Part shown: one piece after another, positions 57,907-64,000 of the stretch
How positions within the stretch are numbered: position 1 is the stretch's first letter
Layout: each line of letters starts with the position of its first letter
IMG/VR virus record: IMGVR_UViG_3300037634_004069
Location: 1-64,000 of that record
Length of the DNA stretch: 64,000 nucleotides
DNA from: a virus
Lineage: Duplodnaviria; Caudoviricetes
Reading direction: 5' to 3' (one strand)
Notes under the pieces: model-generated
Told to the model about the DNA's origin: nothing
Seen by the model: only the letters and a program-made list of their open reading frames with translations
The model's database searches: none
Translations under genes and position numbers: made by a program

Positions 57907-60900
57907 ATGGCTTGCAGTGTAAAACAAAATATAATAGACCATATTGAACTTGAAAAACTAGGGAGGTCTGAGGCAGAAGGTATAACAAGAACTGCTCCTA
58001 TTGCAACTGTTATGCAAGAAAGCAGGAAGCTTTCATCTTTAATACTTTCTAAGTATGATGTACCAGGATTACCTTTTAGAGCTGTTGGGAAAAATATTGC
58101 TTTAAACGATCCTTTATTTGACGCTATAGACAATAAAAACGAAGAAAGAGGGGAAGTTGTTGTTACTCCAGCGTATGTGCAAGAAGCAGAAGCAGAAGTG
58201 CTTTCATCTATGCGATCTGCAATGAAAAAATTAGGAGTAACAGAAAGAGCTGTAAGCAGGCTAAGAGATAGAGAGGGAAATGTTATTGCTGGAGTAGCAG
58301 CTGCAGATATAATAAGTAAATCAATTACGTATGTAGAGGGGAATGAAAGTGAAATACCAGAGGAGGTTATTCACATGTTCGTAGTTGCAATGAACGAACT
58401 AAAAGATCCTATATATACATCTATGTACGAGAGAATAGCTCAAGAACCTGAGTATTTAGAAGTACAAGAAGAGTATGGGGGGCTTGCCGATTGGACCGAG
58501 CAAGATATAAAAGATGAGGCAATTACCAAAGTTATTCTAAATAGAATGAAATTGGATGCCAAAGAAAAAGCAAAAGATAGAAATGCCAGGTGGTGGCAGA
58601 GACTGCTTAGAAAGCTTAGAGAGGTATTTAATTTTGAATCTGATCCTGTAAAAAAGGCAGTCAAAAAAGTATTAAGCGAAGATATTTCTAAGTATGCAGA
58701 GGCACTGTCTAGGTCAAAAAGAGAAACAATATTCCGGTCATTAGGAGATGCTACGACGCAAGATATACAAAGAGAAAATATTGTTAAGACTCATAATAGC
58801 ATGGAAAACGTAAAAGACCTTACGTTTGATATGGTGAAGGGAAAAATAGATGAAGGAACATTTGAGATTCTTTCAGATATAGATGGAGTTATAGCAAGGT
58901 ATAAAATAGATGGAAAACTTGTAGCTAAAAGAGCAACAGACCAATCATCTATATCTTTTTTTAAGAGTGTTGGTAATATAGACGAGTATAAAAGTATTTC
59001 TAACAGAGAAAGATCCGCACTCCTCAGAGATACTGGTACAAATATGCACAGTATACAACATGAGATTGCTTTAAATATGGCTCAAGACACGGATCTTGAA
59101 TACCACAAGTACATAAACGTTGTAGAACTTAAAGACAGTGTTAAACCAAGAAGTTATGCTAAACTAAAAGAAGACTCTGGTTTAGATAAACAAATGTTTT
59201 TGGATTTAAAAGGTGTAGTAAAAGGTATATTAGATAAGCAGGTAGCACGTCAAAAAGTTATTAATAAAAAGACTGAAAAAGATAAAAAAACAGACATGTA
59301 CACAGAGGTCCGACTCTTTAATAAAAAGATGGATACTGGTGGTACTGTAGACCTTATGTTTATTAACTCTGAAGGTACAGCCTCTATATATGACTGGAAA
59401 TTTATGAGTCCAAAGTTTGAGGATGTAACTAAAAAAGGAGAGGATTTTTATATGTTACTTGATCCATTTAGAGGGGCTAAAGGAGAAGGATACCAACATC
59501 AAATGGGATTCTATGTAACAACTTTAAGAGAGCAGTATGGTATTACTAAAATCCAAGAGTCTCGTCTTATACCAGTTCACTTGAGATTTAAATATGTAAA
59601 TAAAAAAATCACAAACACCATCAACTACCTTGCAGTGGGATCCTCTCATGATAGGTTTTTAGCTGAAATGCCAATGGCTAAAGAGAAAGCAGGGGATAGA
59701 GATATAGATTCTAAATTAAAAATACTGTATGATAAGTTCGATGCTATAAAAAACAGACCTAAGTCTCCAAGTATCAAAAGACAGGTTGCGCTTATTACTA
59801 CAGCTATAAGAGAGCTTTTAAATGAGTCTGACATGCAGCATACTTTTGAAGAACTCTTAGAGGTTATGAAGTATGCAGAGGCTGGAATGAAAATAGACGA
59901 CTCTACAGAGACTGGGTACTTAGAGTTCGATGAGCTTTGGGAAATCTATGATCTTTTAGGGACATTTAAAAACTTGCAAACGATTGTTGCTAAAAAGATA
60001 AAACTTTCAAAAGACTCTGAAAAAGAAAAAGCAGCATTACGAAATAAATTAGAAAAAGCTGCAGAGGCAGTATCTAATATTACTTTTCAAATACAAGAAA
60101 AACTTATTGAAAGATTAGATATAGACTCCCCATATAAACTGGGAGAGCAAATGAAAAGATATGGGAAAATAGTTTCTAAACCCACAGAAGCTATGGATCA
60201 AATGTTAGCTATGAATATGGTTGACAATGCTTTATTTAAAGAAGGATATTTTAGAATAACTGAAGGGAGGAGCAGAAAAGATGCTTTATATAGAGAGCAT
60301 TATAAAAAATGGAAAGCTTTAGACGACGGACTAAAATCTTGGGCAGGGTCAATGCCTATGAGAGATGTATATAATCTATTTATAAGAGAGACTCCTTTTG
60401 GACTAAAGCTGATTACAATGTTTGACCCAGAGTTTAAAAAGACTTTGGATAAAAAAATATCTACTGCACAATCTACTCAAGATGATAAGGTAAAAAAAGA
60501 AGTATTAAAGTGGATGAAAGAGCACTTTCAAATTAAAAAAGGTGCTAAAGAAGAATTTAAAGCAAATAGAGCTGAATTTTTAGAACGAAAAAGAAAAGAA
60601 TTTGGCTCAAAAGAAGATCAGAGATATAAGAATGTTGAAGCTTGGTTTGATAGTAAGAACAATGTATTTAGTAAAGTAGATGAAGCTACTGCATGGACTT
60701 CAGATAGCTACCATATGTATCTAGAATTAAAGCCAGGAAAAGAAGACGCAGCGTTTAGTTCAGAATACAAGTACCTTTTAAGGTCAGGAAATGAACCATT
60801 ATTAGAATACTACAATGCCTGGAAAGAGCAAATGAAAACCTTTAAAAAACTCTTAAAGGGTAGAAGAGCTGTTCTGTCTGCAGATACTATTCCATCTATA

Positions 60901-62793
60901 ACTAAAAGTATGATGGAGCAATTAATGACTGGAGAAAATGCATTTAAAGCATTTGGAAAAAGTTTTTTAAGAGGTATGAGTATTGATGTAGAAAATGAAG
61001 AGCAAGTAGGAAAAGCTACAATACAAAAAGTTCCCCTTAGATTTTTAAACCCTCCAAGAGGAAAAGATGGAGAGGTTGACCATATGTTAATTTCAAGAGA
61101 TCTTACCAGAGCTATGGTAATGTTTGGAGATTCTGCATATGAACATATAGAAGACACAAGATCTGAAGCTGAGATTTTATTTATAAGAGATCTTTTAACT
61201 CAATCTGAAGAAGTTAAAATGTCTGGAGGAAAGATTGTAAAAGAGCTTGGAGAGTTTAAGTTTGAAGAGAGTGGAGTGTCTGAAAAAACTCTTAGCTTAT
61301 TTGATACTTATGTTAATATGCTACTGTATAAGAACTTTGGTCAAAACATAGGTAAAGAAATAAATTTTGCTGGTAGAACTATATCTAGTACAAAATTGCT
61401 TAGAGGAGTTAAGAGTGGATTTAGCGCTATGATAATGACAATGCCTGTAAAAGCAGCATTAGCTACTCTTGGAGGCGCCTCTGTATTTAGAATATCAAAA
61501 TCAATTGATAATCCTAATTATTCTTATGATACTTTATCAAAAGGGTTTAAGCTTTGGACAAAAGACAAATCTAGATATATGGCTATTGCAGGGCACTTTG
61601 ATGTACATGCTGAAGGAGATGCGATAATGCATTCAAGAGAGTTGTCTGCAGATCCTTTAACCAGGTCTGCACAAACTGCTTATTTGTATTATCCACTTAT
61701 ACCTGTAGATAAGTTTGGAGATAGAAGACTTTTAATGGGGATGTTATTTAACCATGCTGTAGATGAAAATGGTTTAATACAAAGATTAGAAGATATGCCA
61801 GAAGGTACTTTGCCTTTAGCAGAGACAATGAAAGTAGAAGATGGTGTAGTAACAGAAGATTTGCCACAATCAATAAGAAAGCAAATTAAAATGCGATTTC
61901 TTGGAGAGATACGTGGTATAAGAGGAGATATGTCTGAAACAGGAATAGCTGCTTATCAATCTAATATTTATGTATCTCTTGTAATGCAGTTTAAAGATTG
62001 GATGCCACCTATGGTTCAAGATAGGTTTGGAGATGTAAGATTTGATTATTATACAGGAAATTATGAAGCAGGTAGATATAAATTAGCTGCTAAAAGTGCA
62101 TTGTTTTTACCGAATGCTACGGCGGAAGATATGGAGGAGGAAGTTGCCTGGAAAACTTTAATGGCAAACAGCGCTACTACTATGAGTAGGCTTTTAGGAA
62201 ATCTGGTGGGAATACAAAGCTTCGTAACATCGAAGAAAACCAGAGATAAGAAAGACGCTGAAGGAAAATGGAGTGAAGCTCAAGAAGCTCAGTATCAGCG
62301 TAGAAGAAAGAAGTATTTGCAAGGTTTAGATTTTATAAAAGAAAACTCTACTGATCCTGCGCTTGCAAACATGACAGAAGAAAAGTACTTAGAGCTTATG
62401 CAGCGTTCTATAAAAAGTACAGTGGCAGAAATAAGAGCCACACTTATATTAGGGTTATTGTCTTTGTTTATGGGGGCCCAAGTAGGAGATGATGATGAAG
62501 AGTTGTACAAAGCAAACTATGGTACAAGAAAAGCTCAAGAGTTATTAGCAAGAACTATTTTGGAAACAGCAATGTTTATCAATCCTATGGAGCTTGCTAA
62601 ACTTAACAAATCAGTTGTTCCTTTGTTTGGTTTACTTGAACAAACCGGTAAGTTTTTTGGAAATTCTGCTGATGAAGCAATGGATTTGTTTCGTGGAGAT
62701 ATGTTTGAAAAAGGAGATAGAACACAAATGTTCCACTATACTTTTCAATTTGTTCCTGGAAACAGAACTATTAGGTGGGCATTAGACCTTTAA
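57907..62793 (+). CDS. 1628-aa cargo protein with degenerate zincin-like motif and PD-(D/E)xK nuclease domain
   Basis: EEVIH at 58360-58374; DTGTNMH...TEV...GGTVDLMF...IYDWK at about 59030-59400; C-terminal hydrophobic helices. Confidence 0.7.
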   Translation: MACSVKQNIIDHIELEKLGRSEAEGITRTAPIATVMQESRKLSSLILSKYDVPGLPFRAVGKNIALNDPLFDAIDNKNEERGEVVVTPAYVQEAEAEVLSSMRSAMKKLGVTERAVSRLRDREGNVIAGVAAADIISKSITYVEGNESEIPEEVIHMFVVAMNELKDPIYTSMYERIAQEPEYLEVQEEYGGLADWTEQDIKDEAITKVILNRMKLDAKEKAKDRNARWWQRLLRKLREVFNFESDPVKKAVKKVLSEDISKYAEALSRSKRETIFRSLGDATTQDIQRENIVKTHNSMENVKDLTFDMVKGKIDEGTFEILSDIDGVIARYKIDGKLVAKRATDQSSISFFKSVGNIDEYKSISNRERSALLRDTGTNMHSIQHEIALNMAQDTDLEYHKYINVVELKDSVKPRSYAKLKEDSGLDKQMFLDLKGVVKGILDKQVARQKVINKKTEKDKKTDMYTEVRLFNKKMDTGGTVDLMFINSEGTASIYDWKFMSPKFEDVTKKGEDFYMLLDPFRGAKGEGYQHQMGFYVTTLREQYGITKIQESRLIPVHLRFKYVNKKITNTINYLAVGSSHDRFLAEMPMAKEKAGDRDIDSKLKILYDKFDAIKNRPKSPSIKRQVALITTAIRELLNESDMQHTFEELLEVMKYAEAGMKIDDSTETGYLEFDELWEIYDLLGTFKNLQTIVAKKIKLSKDSEKEKAALRNKLEKAAEAVSNITFQIQEKLIERLDIDSPYKLGEQMKRYGKIVSKPTEAMDQMLAMNMVDNALFKEGYFRITEGRSRKDALYREHYKKWKALDDGLKSWAGSMPMRDVYNLFIRETPFGLKLITMFDPEFKKTLDKKISTAQSTQDDKVKKEVLKWMKEHFQIKKGAKEEFKANRAEFLERKRKEFGSKEDQRYKNVEAWFDSKNNVFSKVDEATAWTSDSYHMYLELKPGKEDAAFSSEYKYLLRSGNEPLLEYYNAWKEQMKTFKKLLKGRRAVLSADTIPSITKSMMEQLMTGENAFKAFGKSFLRGMSIDVENEEQVGKATIQKVPLRFLNPPRGKDGEVDHMLISRDLTRAMVMFGDSAYEHIEDTRSEAEILFIRDLLTQSEEVKMSGGKIVKELGEFKFEESGVSEKTLSLFDTYVNMLLYKNFGQNIGKEINFAGRTISSTKLLRGVKSGFSAMIMTMPVKAALATLGGASVFRISKSIDNPNYSYDTLSKGFKLWTKDKSRYMAIAGHFDVHAEGDAIMHSRELSADPLTRSAQTAYLYYPLIPVDKFGDRRLLMGMLFNHAVDENGLIQRLEDMPEGTLPLAETMKVEDGVVTEDLPQSIRKQIKMRFLGEIRGIRGDMSETGIAAYQSNIYVSLVMQFKDWMPPMVQDRFGDVRFDYYTGNYEAGRYKLAAKSALFLPNATAEDMEEEVAWKTLMANSATTMSRLLGNLVGIQSFVTSKKTRDKKDAEGKWSEAQEAQYQRRRKKYLQGLDFIKENSTDPALANMTEEKYLELMQRSIKSTVAEIRATLILGLLSLFMGAQVGDDDEELYKANYGTRKAQELLARTILETAMFINPMELAKLNKSVVPLFGLLEQTGKFFGNSADEAMDLFRGDMFEKGDRTQMFHYTFQFVPGNRTIRWALDL

Positions 62794-62999
62794 AAGTCTT
62801 CAAAGTCTCCTGTTTGAGCTTCAAGTATCTTAACCATGATTTTCATGTGAACTTCTTCTAAAAGATCAAGTTCTTCAAATAAATCACTTACGTCTTGCTC
62901 ATCTTGAGTTATCTGAAGGACCTCAATGCCCCCCTCTTCATTAAGCTCATACTCAACAGTGACTTGAGCTCTTCTCATATCTATAATCTCTAAAGCCAT
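62790..62999 (-). CDS. Small very acidic hypothetical protein
   Basis: 20 D/E versus 4 K/R in 69 aa. A-rich start context. Its stop overlaps the convergent stop in TTAA. Confidence 0.6.
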   Translation of the reverse strand: MALEIIDMRRAQVTVEYELNEEGGIEVLQITQDEQDVSDLFEELDLLEEVHMKIMVKILEAQTGDFEDF

Positions 63000-63037
63000 T
63001 TGTTTTTTTTAAGATATATAAAGATATGATTTTGAAA

Positions 63038-63083
63038 AGTAAGTTTGGTACCTGAAAATAAAAATTCTCAGGTACCACTTACT
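63038..63083. terminator. Intergenic hairpin
   Basis: AGTAAG-TT-TGGTACCTGA, 12-nt loop, TCAGGTACCA-CTTACT; 10 nt downstream of the stop of 63093..63848. Confidence 0.5.
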
Positions 63084-63092
63084 CATGTCGTT

Positions 63093-63848
63093 TTAAATGT
63101 CATAAATTGTAGGGTCGTATATTTCTTGTGTCATATTAGGTATACTATAAAGCTCTGCAGATTTTTCAATAGTTACATCTGGCCCTAAAGCCGTCTCTAA
63201 CTGCTTTCTGCGAGAAGCAGCTTTATACAGTATTTTACCAAGAGTAGAGTCTTTAGTAAATCCATGGAATCTAAGTATTTTCAACTTATACTTGCTGTCA
63301 AACTTAGAATACCTGCCTGCTAAAAACAAATTGAACTCTTTTTTATACTTTTCAGGGACATTAAAAATGTACAAAGTAGTTTTATTACTTATGTCAATAC
63401 ACTCAATAAAATTATCCAAACCCTTTAAATAGTGTTCGAAATCTACAAACTCTTTCTTACCAGAAAATCTGTATAAAAGAGCTATTACATTTTTATGTTC
63501 CTCAGTACCTACAAAACAATTTAATAAAAGGTTGTCATAAAAATAGTTTTTACGATTACCAGATAACATTGGAAGAATAAACAAAGAAGCCTTTGTTCTT
63601 CTTGCCATTGTCATCTCATATGAAGTATTGTTTTCAGGTCCTGCAGAGGTTATCATGTTTATTTTATAAGGGAATTTAGATCTCCCTATAGTAAGAGTTT
63701 TACCTAAAGTTATTTTAGGAACTTCAGGAAGTTCTACTGCAGTAATGTTTCCATCACCATCAAACTCCACTTCAACACCAATATAACCAACAGCTTTAAC
63801 TGTAAGAGAATCTTTTATTTGTATTCCTTTTCTACTTCTTCCGGACAT
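63093..63848 (-). CDS. Conserved crAss-like hypothetical protein (minus strand)
   Basis: The track labels it +, but its translation reads from the reverse complement (CAT at 63846-63848, TTA at 63093-63095). C-terminus YKLKILRFHG...ILYK...RRKQLE...ELYSIP. Confidence 0.75.
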   Translation of the reverse strand: MSGRSRKGIQIKDSLTVKAVGYIGVEVEFDGDGNITAVELPEVPKITLGKTLTIGRSKFPYKINMITSAGPENNTSYEMTMARRTKASLFILPMLSGNRKNYFYDNLLLNCFVGTEEHKNVIALLYRFSGKKEFVDFEHYLKGLDNFIECIDISNKTTLYIFNVPEKYKKEFNLFLAGRYSKFDSKYKLKILRFHGFTKDSTLGKILYKAASRRKQLETALGPDVTIEKSAELYSIPNMTQEIYDPTIYDI

Positions 63849-64000
63849 TTACCTAGTTTTTTAAGAATATTAAAATACTTTAATGGGGGTAAAGAAATAC
63901 CCAATCTATCTAAATCATAAGAAGATCTAAGAACATATACAAGGTCCAAAGTCTCTTTAAATTTATCTGTAGCTTCTTTAGAAGACGCAATATCGCTCTC
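63815..64000 (-). CDS. 3' end of a gene entering from beyond the window (possibly the C-terminus of a 5'-3' exonuclease)
   Basis: Open frame ...KFKETLDLVYVLRSSYDLDRLGISLPPL...EKEYK*, with its stop at 63815-63817. The product guess is from recall only. Confidence 0.45.
   Translation of the reverse strand, partial: ESDIASSKEATDKFKETLDLVYVLRSSYDLDRLGISLPPLKYFNILKKLGKCPEEVEKEYK

Noticed and set aside
13723-62785. The many 60-150-aa antisense or alternate-frame ORFs inside large genes (for example 14185..14523, 28685..29128, 55352..55789)
   Set aside because: Fully nested in well-supported genes, with Ser/Phe/Ile-rich shadow composition and no start context.
63093-63848. Plus-strand label given in the ORF track
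   Set aside because: The listed protein is the translation of the reverse complement (ATG = CAT at 63846-63848, stop = TTA at 63093-63095), so it is annotated as minus.
1-64000. Stop-codon reassignment (TAG=Gln or TGA=Trp), common in some crAss-like phages
   Set aside because: All large genes, including the 14-kb one, are uninterrupted in the standard code. TGA ends many genes in ATGA overlaps, and TAG ends several genes right before the next start.
1-64000. tRNA, rRNA, CRISPR array, integrase/transposase, reverse transcriptase/DGR
   Set aside because: By eye I found no cloverleaf with a GTTCRA T-loop, no regularly spaced repeats and no matching catalytic motifs. tRNAscan-SE and similar tools would be needed to be certain.

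Overview
This 64-kb window is part of a crAss-like (Crassvirales-type) bacteriophage genome, AT-rich and read in the standard genetic code. The host is probably a Bacteroidota member, inferred from TAnnTTTG promoter boxes, A-rich starts without Shine-Dalgarno sequences and Flavobacteria-like domains. Almost all of it is one plus-strand late/virion region. In order it holds: two hairpin-dense non-coding stretches; a small tail-like/LamG module; a lysis cassette (holin-like proteins, amidase, spanin-like pair); an antisense DEDD exonuclease; GroES-like, HTH, Zn-finger and IHF-like genes; terminase; portal; an 1809-aa cell-wall hydrolase/module protein; scaffold; major capsid; ring, fibre and muzzle tail genes; and four large cargo genes. 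One cargo gene is a 4696-aa virion RNA polymerase (DFDID motif) fused to a zincin. The opposite-strand early/replication block begins at about 62.8 kb. The most striking unexplained signal is a recurring peptide tag, [KR]-x-G-G-x-L-P-K-Y-Q-x-G, which divides two separate virion proteins into modules and whose right half also forms their natural N-termini. It could be a cargo-loading or polyprotein-processing signal. Also notable are two ADP-ribosyltransferase-like inserts next to the RNAP catalytic motif, SprB/GCxDP host-adhesin-like repeats in a tail protein, and a candidate structured ncRNA at 58-270. All family assignments come from motif recognition and synteny; no database searches were run.
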